DNA of 64,000 nucleotides. Source: an uncultured Acidobacteriota bacterium. GTDB lineage: Bacteria; Acidobacteriota; UBA6911. Made by a program: the position numbers and the translations under genes. The stretch spans positions 32,001-96,000 of the forward strand of contig CAWJKZ010000012.1 of assembly GCA_963843575.1 (NCBI GenBank), written 5' to 3'. Shown here piece after piece: positions 1-10,134 of this stretch (position 1 is the stretch's first letter; each line of letters begins with the position of its first letter). The notes beneath the pieces were generated by a model. That model saw nothing but the letters and a program-made list of their open reading frames with translations, ran no database searches and was not told the DNA's origin.

Positions 1-1
1 G

Positions 2-847
2 TCAGAATTTCAGGACGACTTCTTCGGGGATGCTCTTCCCTTTCGGGAGTCGCAGGGTGAACCCTTTGACTGTTGCCGGCCGGTCTTTCAGCGAAAAGAA
101 GAGGAACCTGTCGCGGTTCATCGACGACGGGATCGGGTCGGTCGTGTGCGCCTTGTCGTTGAAGTCCTTCTCCACGAGCTGCTTCTCAAACTGCGACAGA
201 TCGCCGCCGCCGCCGCCCGGGTTGAGGACGATGGACGGTCCTCCCCAACCGCGCCTCCCATAGCCGCGGTTCCGCGGATCCGACGGGTCGTAGCGGGGGT
301 CATTGCGCGGGTCGCTCGGGTAGCGCGGGTCATTCCTGGGAAGCCTTGGGTCGTTTGGGTAGCGCGGGTCGATGCGCGGATCGTTGGCGACCGTGGGATC
401 GTATCGGGGATCGTTGGGGTCGGTTCGCGGGTCGCGGGTTCCCGCCCCCGGTTGCACCGCCACGGGTCCCCCCTGCTTCTTGGCCTCCGCGCTGACCACC
501 ATCCCCTCGAGCACGGCCCGCGCCACCGTGTCGGGACCTATCAAGGGCACTTCGCCCCCATCGGGCCCAAGCAGCTGCAGATCTCCCGGAAGCTCCACTT
601 CCACTTTCCCCGCGTTAAAGACGGCGAGGCGCACGGCCACGATATCCGACGGACTGAGCTCCTTGTAGAAAAAGTCTTTCTGGTCCTTCCCATCCAGCAG
701 CAGGTCGGCGGCATAGACTACACCCCCGACCGTGGTGCGCGCCTGAAACTGCTCGGCTTTTTTCGCCTTGACCAGCTTCACCTTGAAACCGGCGAATGCG
801 CCCACTGAGAAAAGCAACATCGCTAAAATCACTGCACGGTTTCTCAT
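2..847 (-). CDS. Secreted hypothetical protein with an internal DPR(Y) tandem-repeat tract
   Basis: MRNRAVILAMLLFSVGAFA is signal-peptide-like; 12 DP-containing units followed by a Gly-rich segment; stop at 2-4. Confidence 0.7.
   Translation of the reverse strand: MRNRAVILAMLLFSVGAFAGFKVKLVKAKKAEQFQARTTVGGVVYAADLLLDGKDQKDFFYKELSPSDIVAVRLAVFNAGKVEVELPGDLQLLGPDGGEVPLIGPDTVARAVLEGMVVSAEAKKQGGPVAVQPGAGTRDPRTDPNDPRYDPTVANDPRIDPRYPNDPRLPRNDPRYPSDPRNDPRYDPSDPRNRGYGRRGWGGPSIVLNPGGGGGDLSQFEKQLVEKDFNDKAHTTDPIPSSMNRDRFLFFSLKDRPATVKGFTLRLPKGKSIPEEVVLKF
270..440 (-). repeat. Intragenic degenerate tandem repeat encoding (N/S/Y)DPR(Y) units
   Basis: RDPRTDPNDPRYDPTVANDPRIDPRYPNDPRLPRNDPRYPSDPRNDPRYDPSDPR. 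Confidence 0.85.
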
Positions 848-1006
848 CAGAACCTCCGCCGGGCTGCTGCGCATATTCTGAACCATTCGCAGATCCTTAT
901 CTATCACAAACGCGGGCGGGCACATCCCTGCAACCAGGCCGCTTGTGCAAGGTGTTCTGCCTTGAAGTTTGTCCCCCGAACGGTTCTAATCGGCGCGGAG
1001 GCGCAT

Positions 1007-2556
1007 ATGCACTGGATGGGATTGGATGTCGGCACGACCGGCTCGCGGGCGGTCATCGTGGACGAAGCGGGGAGCGTCGTCGCGGCTGCTTCCGCCGACC
1101 ACGCACCCATGGCTCAGCCTCAACCGACATGGGCGGAGCAGGACCCGGAGGACTGGTGGCGCGCGGCCCAGGAGGCGATCCGGGCGGCCCTGACCGAGGC
1201 CGGCCTCTCCGGCAGCGACATCGCCGGACTCGGCATGTCGGGCCAGATGCACGGCGCGGTGCTGCTCGACGGGCAGCACGAGGTCATCCGGCCGGCGATC
1301 ATCTGGTGTGACCAGCGCAGCCAGGAGCAGGCGGACTGGTTTACGGAAAGAATCGGGGCCGAGAGGCTGAAGGAGATCACCTGCAATCCTGCCCTCACCG
1401 GATTCACCGTTCCGAAACTCCTCTGGGTGAGGGACCACGAGCCGGCGAACTTCGAACGGCTCCGCATGCTGCTGCTCCCGAAAGACTACGTCCGGTTCCG
1501 CCTGACGGGCGATTTCGCCACCGAAGTGTCGGACGCCGCGGGCACCCTGCTGCTCGACGTGCCCGGGCGACGGTGGTCGCAGGAAATCCTGTCGGCGCTG
1601 GACCTGACGACCGGCCAGCTCCCGTCGGTGGCGGAATCCCCCGGGACCACGACCCGCATCAGCATGCAGGCGGCCGCGTCGACGGGACTCCGCGCCGGAA
1701 CTCCGGTCGCGGGTGGCGGAGGGGATCAGGCGGCGGGCGGGGTGGGCAACGGCGTCGTCGAGCCCGGGATCGTCAGCTCGACGATCGGCACGAGCGGCGT
1801 CGTGTTCGCCTACACGGACGCACCACACCTCGACCCTCAGGGACGGGTCCACACATTCTGCCACGCCGTTCCGGGGCGCTGGCACGTCATGGGCGTCACC
1901 CAGGGTGCCGGCCTTTCCCTCCGCTGGTTCCGCGACAATCTCGCCACGCGGGAGGCGGAGGAGGCCAGGGCGGCCGGCAAGGACGTCTACGACGCCCTGG
2001 TGCGCGAGGCTGCCATGGCCCCGCCCGGGTGCGAGGGACTGGTGTACTTGCCCTACCTCATGGGCGAACGAACGCCCCACCTGGACCCGTTCGCCCGCGG
2101 CGTGTTCTTCGGCCTGACGGCCCGACACACGCGCGCCCACATGATCCGCGCGATCCTGGAAGGCGTGGCTTACTCGCTGCGCGACTCCCTGGAGATCTTC
2201 GGCGCGATGGGAGTCCCCGTGCGGCAGGTGCGCGCCTCCGGTGGCGGAGGCCGCAGCCTCCTGTGGCGGCAGATCCAGGCCGACGTCTTCAATCGCGAGA
2301 TGGTCACCACCAACTCGACCGAGGGCTCCGCCTACGGCGCGGCGCTGATCGCGGCGACCGGCACCGGCGGGTTTGCGTCGGTCGAGGAAGCCTGCCGGGC
2401 ATGCATCCGGGTCACGGAGCACTGCGAGCCCGCTCCCGCGGCGGCCGCGTCTACGACGAGTACTATCGCGTCTACCGCGACCTGTATCCACGGCTCAAGG
2501 AGAGCTACAGGGCGGTGGCGGATATCGGGCGGGGTCGGGCCGAGGCGTCCGAATAA
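1007..2556 (+). CDS. xylB: Xylulokinase, FGGY family (probable sequencing frameshift near 2445)
   Basis: GLDVGTTGSRA, GQMHGAV, GGGDQAAG, PYLMGERTPH; C-terminus YDEYYRVYRDLYPRLK continues in another frame to 2556. Confidence 0.9.
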
Positions 2557-2606
2557 AACGCACCCGCCGCGGGTAGAATCTCAGGCAAAGGTGGAGGGTC
2601 CCATGC

Positions 2607-2828
2607 ATGGGTTTCGGAAGGCAGGAGGAGCCCGAGAGCGTCCGCATTCTCGGCAACGAGCTCGAGTGCGAAATCTGCCACCACAAGAGATTCTGGCAGA
2701 GGAAGGCTCAACTGAACACGGCGGTAGCCACCTTTTTCAACTTCGACTGGGCCAACCGGAGCGCCAGTTGCATCATATGCGAGCGCTGCGGCCACATTTA
2801 CTGGTTCCTCCCACCGAAAGAGGAGTGA
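2607..2828 (+). CDS. Small zinc-ribbon protein
   Basis: 73 aa with CEIC and CERC pairs; GGAGG upstream. Confidence 0.75.
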   Translation: MGFGRQEEPESVRILGNELECEICHHKRFWQRKAQLNTAVATFFNFDWANRSASCIICERCGHIYWFLPPKEE

Positions 2829-2841
2829 CCGGGAGTTTCGC

Positions 2842-3589
2842 TCACAACCGCGCCGTCCAGCTGACGATCTGATAGAAGAGGCGCGCGTACCAGCTTCCGA
2901 CTTCGATAGGGTTGGCGCCGTCGCCGCAGGCCGACACGCGCTCGTCCCCCCAATCGACGAGCCCTCCCACCCAATGGGGGGCGACGTCGCTGGCGAAGGC
3001 GGTGACGCGTCCCCGACCGTGTTCGCCGACCACCAGGAGCGGCGCCCTGATCCCCGGGAGCGAACTCGTACCCTTCGGCTCCGCGGGAGACGCGGAACTG
3101 CCGGGCCGAGAGGACCTCGACGGCGCCCGACTTCGCGGCGAGCCGGTTGTACCCGCCAATCCCCGGGCAGACCGCATCGAACGGCAGGCCGGCCACGGTG
3201 GGGTGCGGCGCCCGCAACTCGACCAGGCAGGGCTGCGGGCAGTTCACGCGGTCGTCGGCAGGTTCGAGCGCGACGGGGAGCACGTCGCGCAGGACGGTCC
3301 GACCGTAGTCCCCTCCCGCGCCCGTGAAGGACTCCCACCCGCCTATCATCAGGAGCCCCAGACCCGAGTCGATCCGCGCGGCCAAGTCCTCCAGTTGCCC
3401 GCCGGTAAACATCCTGGCCGGATAGTCGCTCAAGACCACGGCGCCGTACCCTGCGCGCTCCAGCGACGGGAACGGCTGATCGGAGGCAACATAGTCGAAC
3501 GTGACCCTGAAGTGCTGCATCACCCCCGCCAGGTAGCTCGCCGCTTCCCGCAGTGCGGTGTCGCCCACATAGAGTATTTGTTTTCTCAT
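2842..3589 (-). CDS. GATase1-like (DUF1355-type) protein, frameshifted near 3050
   Basis: AVVLSDYPA, GLLMIGGWESFTG, then PLLVVGEHGRGRVTAFASDVAPHW in a second frame; no nucleophile-elbow Cys. Confidence 0.7.
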
Positions 3590-3800
3590 GGGGGCAGTAT
3601 ATCCGGGTGTGCCGCCCGCGCAAATAAATCGGGTGCCGAGCCCGTACGCCGACGCACGCCGAGGAAGCGCCGACCGGACATGCGCGTCGGCGCAAGTCGG
3701 CGTACGCGCCCGGACTGCACATTGCAGGGCGTGGGCGGGATTTGCTAGACTGCGCGGGAAATACGTCAGTTTCGAACCAGTTCGTGCGGGAGAAATCCAA

Positions 3801-5028
3801 ATGCTCAAAGGTAATGCCATCATTGGACAGTCAGGTGGGCCGACGTCGGTGATCAACGCCAGCCTCGCCGGAGTCGTCGAGGCGGCCCAGGGGTTCGCGG
3901 GCATCGGCAGCATCCTCGGGATGCGCTGGGGCATCGAGGGCTTCATGGCCGAGAACGTCGTCGACCTCTCCGGGCTTGTCGCCCGAATTCATCGCCACCC
4001 TGAAGAAGACGCCCTCGAGCGCCCTGGGCAGCAGCCGCCACAAGCTGAAAGCGCCCGACCTCCCGGTCGTGTTCGAGGTTCTCGAAGAAGTACGACATCC
4101 GCTACGTGTTCCTGATCGGCGGCAACGACACGATGGACACGATCCACCGGGTCGAGGAATACGCCCGGCAGCAACGGCTACGAGTTGATCGGCATCGGCG
4201 TGCCGAAGACGGTCGACAACGATCTCTTCGGCACCGACCACACGCCGGGGTTCCCCAGCGCCGCCCGCTATGTCGCGATCTCGGTGCAGCAGGCCGGCAT
4301 CCTGGCGCGCGACATGCAGAAGGTGGATCAGTTCGTCATCTTTCAGTCGGTGGGCCGCTCCGCGGGCTGGCTCGCGCCTCGTCGGCGCTCGCCAAGAAGG
4401 CGCCCGAGGAGCCGCCGCACATTCTCTGCCTGCCGGAGCACCCGTTCGACCGCGACCAGTTCCTGGCCCAGCGTGAAGTCCTGCCACGAGAAGTACGGCT
4501 GGGTCAGCATCGTCTGCGGCGAAGGGGTGAGCTATCCCGACGGCACCCCCGTTTCGGCCTCGCGCGTGAAAGACAAGTTCAGCAACGTCGAGTTCGGCGC
4601 CATGGGCGGCACGAGCGCCGCAATGGCGCTGCACCGCATGATCTCCGACGAGTTCGGGTTCCGCGGCGAGTTCCAGGTCACCGAATCGCTGCCCATGTGC
4701 GCGGCCGACCGCGCCTCAGCCATCGACGTCGAAGAGGCGGCCCTGTGCGGCCGGAAGGCCGTCGAACTCGCCGCCGAGGGAGTCACGGGCCTCATGGTCA
4801 CCCTTGTCCGGCAGCCGGGCCCGGGATACCGCTGCACCACCGGCACGGCCGACCTCTCGGAGGTGGCCGTCAAAGCCAAGCCGATGCCGGCCGAATACCT
4901 CACCGAGGACGGAACCTTCGTCACCCAGGCCTTCCTCGATTACGTCAGGCCGTCTGGTCGGGCCCTTGCCCGAATATGCCAACCTGCCCTTTATAAAATT
5001 CAATCCTGTCCGGAGCGCATCCAAATGA
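3801..5028 (+). CDS. pfp: PPi-dependent phosphofructokinase (multiple indels)
   Basis: GQSGGPTSVINASL, IGGNDTMD (Asp typical of PPi-type), PKTVDNDL, GRSAGWLA spread over several frames. Confidence 0.8.
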
Positions 5029-6041
5029 ACCAACAGCCAAAGTACTCGCAGTTCGCACTCGTTCGGGAGATGCTGGAGACTCCCGGTATTATCCGCAACT
5101 TCAAGACTGCGGGGGGCCGAAGAGACCGCCCGCGCCATCAAGGAAACCGGCAGACTGTTCTTCACGGGCGAAGGCTCGAGCCGCATCTTCCCCGCCAAGA
5201 ACGCCATGACCCAGGCGCTGCGGACCGGCCTCGACCTGCACCTCGCCACCGAGGGCGCCCGCCAGGCGCACGAATACCAACTCGACAAGTTCGTCGTCTT
5301 CGGCGCGTCCAACAGCGGCCAGACCAAGGAAGTCATCTCGCTGTTCGACAAGCTCGGCAAGGCGGGCCACGGAAAGCTTTTCGGGCTCACCGCCAACCAG
5401 AACACCAAGCTGGAGTCGCTGGCCAACAAGACCTTCATCCTGAGCTGCGGCAAGGAAGACGCCGTCGCCGCCACCAAGAGCGTGACCGAACAGGCGCTCT
5501 TCTACGAGTCGCTGCTCGCCCTCGTGCAGGGGCGCAGTCTCGACGCCAAGCTCCCCATGTCTGGCCGACGCCTATGAAGGCGCCCTTACCACCGCCGTCG
5601 CTCCCGCGATAACCGACGCAATCGCGCGCGCAGGCACCATCTACTTTGCCGGACGCAACGACGGCGTGGCCGAGGAACTGACGCTCAAGACCAACGAGAT
5701 CACACGCAAGAAGAGCGACTACCTCGAAGGCACCTACGCCGTGCACGGTATCGAAGAGGTCATGAATCCCGACGACGTCGTGATCCTCATCAACCCCTTC
5801 CCTGCAGAGGTGGAGAAGATCAGGGAGACCCTCGTCAAGGGGGTCGGGTTGAAGGTATTTGCGGTGGCTTCCGGGGAGACCATCTTCCCCACCGTGAAAG
5901 TCCCGGACGCCGGGGAACTCTCCGCCCTACGTCTGCCTGGCGGCCGGCTGGAACCTCCTGATCGAGGTCGGAACGGCCCTTGGGATCAACCTCGACAAGC
6001 CGGTCCGGGCGCGGAAAGTCGGCAACGAGTTTCTTGGCTAA
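5025..6041 (+). CDS. Stand-alone double-SIS protein resembling the GlmS isomerase domain (GlcN-6-P deaminase/synthase-like); indels
   Basis: REMLETP, TGEGSS, ASNSGQTKE, VAATKS, ELTLKTNE, HG, DKPVRARK; no glutaminase domain. Confidence 0.75.
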
Positions 6042-6053
6042 CAAACCCACGAG

Positions 6054-6132
6054 CCTTCGAGATCTTCGAGCCTTCAAGGTAAACTGCAAGAACTTACCTC
6101 GAAGGCTCGAAAAATAAAGGGAATCTCGAAGG
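6054..6132. repeat. Intergenic imperfect inverted repeat
   Basis: ttcgagccttcaaggtaa pairs with ttacctcgaaggctcgaa; outer ccttcgagat pairs with atctcgaagg. Confidence 0.7.
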
Positions 6133-6157
6133 ACCTTCTGATTTTTCCTGAGGTAAA

Positions 6158-7369
6158 GTGCGCGCGAGCGAGCTCACGGAACGTGGCGTCGTGATTCCTT
6201 GCGTCGACGCCGTTGAAATCGGGCCCGAAGTCGACCTGGGCCGGATCGCCGCCGGCGTCGTCATCCACGCCGGGTGCCGGCTGTCGGGCGCCGGGACCTC
6301 CATCGGCCCGGGGTGCGAGATCGGATCCGAGGCCCCCGCCACCGTCGAGAACTGCCAGCTCGGCCGGCGGGTCAAGCTGAAGGGGGGGTATTACTCGGGC
6401 TCGACCTTTCTCGACGACTCGACCTTCGGGAGCGGCGCGCACGTGCGCGCCGGCACGTTGCTGGAGGAAGGCGTCATCGCGGCGCACGCGGTCGGGATGA
6501 AGCAGACGGTCTTCCTGCCGTTTGTGGTGGCCGGAAGTCTCATCAACTTCTGCGACGCGCTCGTGGCCGGGGGCACCGGCAACAAGGACCACAGCGAGAT
6601 CGGCTCGTCGTACATCCACTTCAATTTCACCCCACACCAGGACAAGGCCACGGCTTCCCTCGTCGGCGACGTGCCGCGTGGGGTGATGCTCGGAGAACGC
6701 CCCATCTTCCTGGGCGGCCAGGGCGGACTTATCGGCCCCGTGCGCATCGAGTACGGAACGGTAATCCCCGCCGGCACGATCTGCCGCCACGACATCCTCG
6801 TCGGCAACCAGCTGTTTGCGCCCGGGGCCGCCGCGTTCCGGGAGCCGCAGAATTACCTGGGGGGTCTCTACCGCGGGATCGGGCGCATCGTCCGAAACAA
6901 CCGAATCTACATCGGCAACATCTGGGCGCTGCGCACGTGGTACTCCAGGGTCCGGGCGAGTCTCATGAATGGGGACCCCTTTTCGGCCGCCTGCTTGAAA
7001 GGCGCGCTCAACCGACTAGACGAGATCCTGGAAGAACGCGTGAAGCGCCTCCGGGAGCTGGCCGGCAAGATGCCGCGCTCACTGGAGCTCGCGCGTTCCC
7101 AAATGGGCGCCGACCTCGAGGCGGAGCCGTATGCGGGGCAGAAGAAGTTCATCGGCGCGTGGCCGCGGATCGAGGCGGGCCTCAGGGCCGCGCCGCCCGA
7201 GACCACCGGCGCCCAGCCGCGCGACATCTTCCTCGGCGAATGGGAGCGCATCGACAGGGGCGCGAGCTACCCGGAAGCCGTCAGGCGCATCAGCCCGCAG
7301 GCCCGCTCGGCAGCCACGACCTGGCTTCAGTCTATCGTCGATCTGTACAGCGGCGGCCACACAGCCTGA
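6158..7369 (+). CDS. GlmU-like left-handed beta-helix acetyltransferase without the uridyltransferase domain, plus a C-terminal helical extension
   Basis: Hexapeptide repeats; GAHVRAGT, INFCDA, HFNFTPHQDKAT, FLGGQGGLIGPVRI parallel the GlmU LbH; no LAAGxGTR motif; directly upstream of glmM. Confidence 0.75.
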   Translation: MRASELTERGVVIPCVDAVEIGPEVDLGRIAAGVVIHAGCRLSGAGTSIGPGCEIGSEAPATVENCQLGRRVKLKGGYYSGSTFLDDSTFGSGAHVRAGTLLEEGVIAAHAVGMKQTVFLPFVVAGSLINFCDALVAGGTGNKDHSEIGSSYIHFNFTPHQDKATASLVGDVPRGVMLGERPIFLGGQGGLIGPVRIEYGTVIPAGTICRHDILVGNQLFAPGAAAFREPQNYLGGLYRGIGRIVRNNRIYIGNIWALRTWYSRVRASLMNGDPFSAACLKGALNRLDEILEERVKRLRELAGKMPRSLELARSQMGADLEAEPYAGQKKFIGAWPRIEAGLRAAPPETTGAQPRDIFLGEWERIDRGASYPEAVRRISPQARSAATTWLQSIVDLYSGGHTA

Positions 7370-7418
7370 CGGCAGGCCCGAATGCCGGCGGAGACCGGGA
7401 AGGCGGCGAGGAGAGATC

Positions 7419-8789
7419 ATGGGGCGATTGTTCGGTACGGACGGTGTCCGGGGTGTGGCGAATGTCCCGCCCATGACGGCCGAGATGGTACTCGATATCG
7501 GCAGGGCTACGGCCTTCGTCTGCAAGAGACACGAAGGCCGACGCCACAACATCGTCATCGGCAAGGACACGCGCATTTCCGGATACATGCTCGAAAGCGC
7601 CCTGACCGCAGGCATCTGCTCCATGGGGGTGGACGTGCTGCTCGTCGGGCCCATGACGACCCCGGGCATCGCCTTCATCACACGGAGCATGCGCGCCGAC
7701 GCCGGGATGGTGATCTCGGCATCCCACAATCCCTACCAAGACAACGGCATCAAGATCTTCTCACGCGACGGCTACAAGCTGCCGGACTCCGTCGAAGACG
7801 AGATCGAAGCCCTGATCACCTCGGGACGGATCAAAGACATCCGCCCCACCGCGGGTGAGATCGGCAAGGCCAGGCGCATCGAAGACGCCCTGGGCCGCTA
7901 CATCGTCTTCTGCAAGGACGCCTTCCCCGAGAACCAGAGCCTCGAGGGGATGAACGTCGTCATCGACTGCGCCAATGGGGCCACGTACAAGGCCGCCCCC
8001 ATCATCTTTTCAGAACTCGGCGCGGACGTGCACGCGATCCACTGCGAACCGAACGGCATGAACATAAACGAAAATTGCGGCTCGCAGCACACCCGCAGTC
8101 TGTCGGATGCGGTACGCAGCCACGGCGCGCACGTCGGCCTCGCGTTTGACGGCGACGGGGACAGGCTGATCGCCATCGACGAGAAGGGCCAGGAAATCAC
8201 GGGCGATCACGTCCTGGCGATCTGCAGCAAGCGGTACAAGGAAAACGGACGCCTGCGGAACAACCTGGTGGTGACGACCGTCATGAGCAACTTCGGGTTT
8301 CTGGCGTTCCTCAGGGAGATGGGGATCGGGCACGCCGCCTGCAAGGTTGGGGACCGGTACGTGCTCGAGATGATGGTGGACAAGGGCGCGGTCATCGGCG
8401 GTGAACCGTCCGGACACATGATCTTCCTCGACCACCACACGACCGGCGACGGGGTCATCTCGGCGCTGCAGCTGCTCTCGGCCCTCCAGGCCTCGGGCAA
8501 ACCGCTATCGGAGCTCGCGGACATCATGCGGCTGTCGCCGCAGAAGACGATCAACGTCGAGGTAAGCCGCAAGCCGCCGTTGGAGGAACTGCCGGAACTG
8601 CAGAGCGCCATCCGGCAGGCGGAGTCGGAGTTGGACGGACGCGGCAGGGTGCTGATCCGCTACTCGGGCACCCAGTCGCTGTGCCGTGTCATGGTCGAAG
8701 GCCCGGACGACGAGGTCACGAACCGGCTCGCGGCCGAGCTCGCCGGAACCGTGCAGCGCCTCGCGGGCAGCATCGAGCCCGGCCAATAG
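7419..8789 (+). CDS. glmM: Phosphoglucosamine mutase
   Basis: LFGTDGVRG, GKDTRISGYMLE, ISASHNP, FDGDGDR, GGEPSGH, RYSGTQ. Confidence 0.95.
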   Translation: MGRLFGTDGVRGVANVPPMTAEMVLDIGRATAFVCKRHEGRRHNIVIGKDTRISGYMLESALTAGICSMGVDVLLVGPMTTPGIAFITRSMRADAGMVISASHNPYQDNGIKIFSRDGYKLPDSVEDEIEALITSGRIKDIRPTAGEIGKARRIEDALGRYIVFCKDAFPENQSLEGMNVVIDCANGATYKAAPIIFSELGADVHAIHCEPNGMNINENCGSQHTRSLSDAVRSHGAHVGLAFDGDGDRLIAIDEKGQEITGDHVLAICSKRYKENGRLRNNLVVTTVMSNFGFLAFLREMGIGHAACKVGDRYVLEMMVDKGAVIGGEPSGHMIFLDHHTTGDGVISALQLLSALQASGKPLSELADIMRLSPQKTINVEVSRKPPLEELPELQSAIRQAESELDGRGRVLIRYSGTQSLCRVMVEGPDDEVTNRLAAELAGTVQRLAGSIEPGQ

Positions 8790-8801
8790 CACGGGCTCCG
8801 G

Positions 8802-9704
8802 TCAGTAGATCTCCTCCCCCTCCTCCCGCGTGTAAAACAGGTGCAGCGATTCGCCGTCGCTCCCGTCCTGGGTATCGAGCAGCCGGGCCTCGGCCTGCGC
8901 GCGGTGATCCAGCGCCTGTCGCTCCAGCGCCTTGAGCTTCGCGCCAATCCCGTGATCGTCGACCAGCCGCTTGACCCGCTGAAACAGCCCGCGGCCGCCG
9001 CACAGGTACTGGCCCTCCCACAGGATCTTGCAGGCTACCATCGACTCGAACGTGTCGAAGCGCAGCTGGATGCACACCCTGGCTATATCCTTGACGACAT
9101 AATCGATCTCCTCCCGGTAATCCGGGTGCACGAGCAGGAAGTGCTTCCGCTTGTGGATCGCGTTGTCCAGTACGCTCAGAGCGCCGCGGTCGACTTCATC
9201 GACCGCGACTACTATGATGTCGAGGTCGGAGCCGCGCACCATCTGACCGGTGCTCCTCTCCGGCCGGGGCACCGTGTGGGACATGTCATAGGCGATGTCA
9301 CCGGCAATGATGAAGCAGACCTGCTCCATCAGGCCCCCAGGCTCCGGCAGCGTCGCCGCCACCGACTCCATCGTCTCGCGCGCGAGATTCCGCTTGTGCC
9401 GGCTGATCTCCCGGATTTCTTCCCGCAGCGTGCGGGCCTTCTCTTCCACTTCGGGGAACTGCCGCTCAATCCCCAGGACCGTGTATGTAAGAAACTCCCT
9501 CCGGATGGAAGGGGACAGCCGTGCGAAGCCCGGAACCGCCCGGTCGAGGCGCAGGAAGCGGGTCCCGGCGCCCGCAGAGCGGATTTCCGGAGATTTCCGG
9601 CAGCATTGCCAAGCCTGCAACACATCGAGCCGGGTCCGCTCCACCAGCTGCGCACCCGTTTGCGGTCCGTACTGTTGAAGCGTTGAAACAATCGTGGCTT
9701 CCAT
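8802..9704 (-). CDS. Hypothetical protein with a pol-beta-type nucleotidyltransferase-like motif
   Basis: FIIAGDIAY...RGSDLDIIVV and EEIDYVVK; HTH-like N-terminus. Confidence 0.55.
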   Translation of the reverse strand: MEATIVSTLQQYGPQTGAQLVERTRLDVLQAWQCCRKSPEIRSAGAGTRFLRLDRAVPGFARLSPSIRREFLTYTVLGIERQFPEVEEKARTLREEIREISRHKRNLARETMESVAATLPEPGGLMEQVCFIIAGDIAYDMSHTVPRPERSTGQMVRGSDLDIIVVAVDEVDRGALSVLDNAIHKRKHFLLVHPDYREEIDYVVKDIARVCIQLRFDTFESMVACKILWEGQYLCGGRGLFQRVKRLVDDHGIGAKLKALERQALDHRAQAEARLLDTQDGSDGESLHLFYTREEGEEIY

Positions 9705-9722
9705 GGCTTTCCGTGCCCGAGT

Positions 9723-9806
9723 GTGAGTCCGAGCTTCAGCCCGGACGTTGCTTGCGGTCGCTATATGCTCAGATCAAAAGACGTCCGGGCTGAAGCCCGG
9801 ACCCAC
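9723..9806. repeat. REP doublet (REPIN-like), short-spacer copy
   Basis: gtccgagcttcagcccggac ... gtccgggctgaagcccggacccac; spacer shared with the 14175 and 47094 copies. Confidence 0.85.
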
Positions 9807-9821
9807 GTGTTTTGCGTCTAA

Positions 9822-10061
9822 GGTTTCGCGCAAGAATAGGTTCACATTTAGGCGCGAGCGCCGGGCGGGCAGATGCAAGGCGCCGCGACGCAGGCGATGT
9901 GGTGACATCGTCGAGGAGCGGCAACGCCGCAGATGCCCGCCCGCCGCCGCGCCCCGGAGGGCTGACGGCTCCGTCAATAACAATCTCCTATCTTTAGTTG
10001 CCGCATGATCTGTTGGCGCGGGAGCCGTCAGCAAAATGTGAAATTATTCTTGCGCGAACCC
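9822..10061. mobile_element. 240-bp MITE, family A copy 1
   Basis: TIR GGtTTCGCGCAAGAAT...ATTCTTGCGCGAACCC; TAA on both sides; similar inverted copy at 42956-43195. Confidence 0.85.
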
Positions 10062-10134
10062 TAAGAGCATATCACGGTTCGCGGGAGCCTTTTTCTGGCG
10101 ATCGGGCGGTTCTGTTGGTATCCTCAATGCCACT

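Noticed and set aside
2842-3589. GATase-like gene as the missing glutaminase for the stand-alone SIS protein
   Set aside because: The nucleophile-elbow position reads IGG with no Cys, so glutaminase activity is unsupported
9748-10034. Short ORFs within the MITE copies (also 42983-43302)
   Set aside because: No transposase motifs or RBS; their similarity simply reflects the repeat DNA
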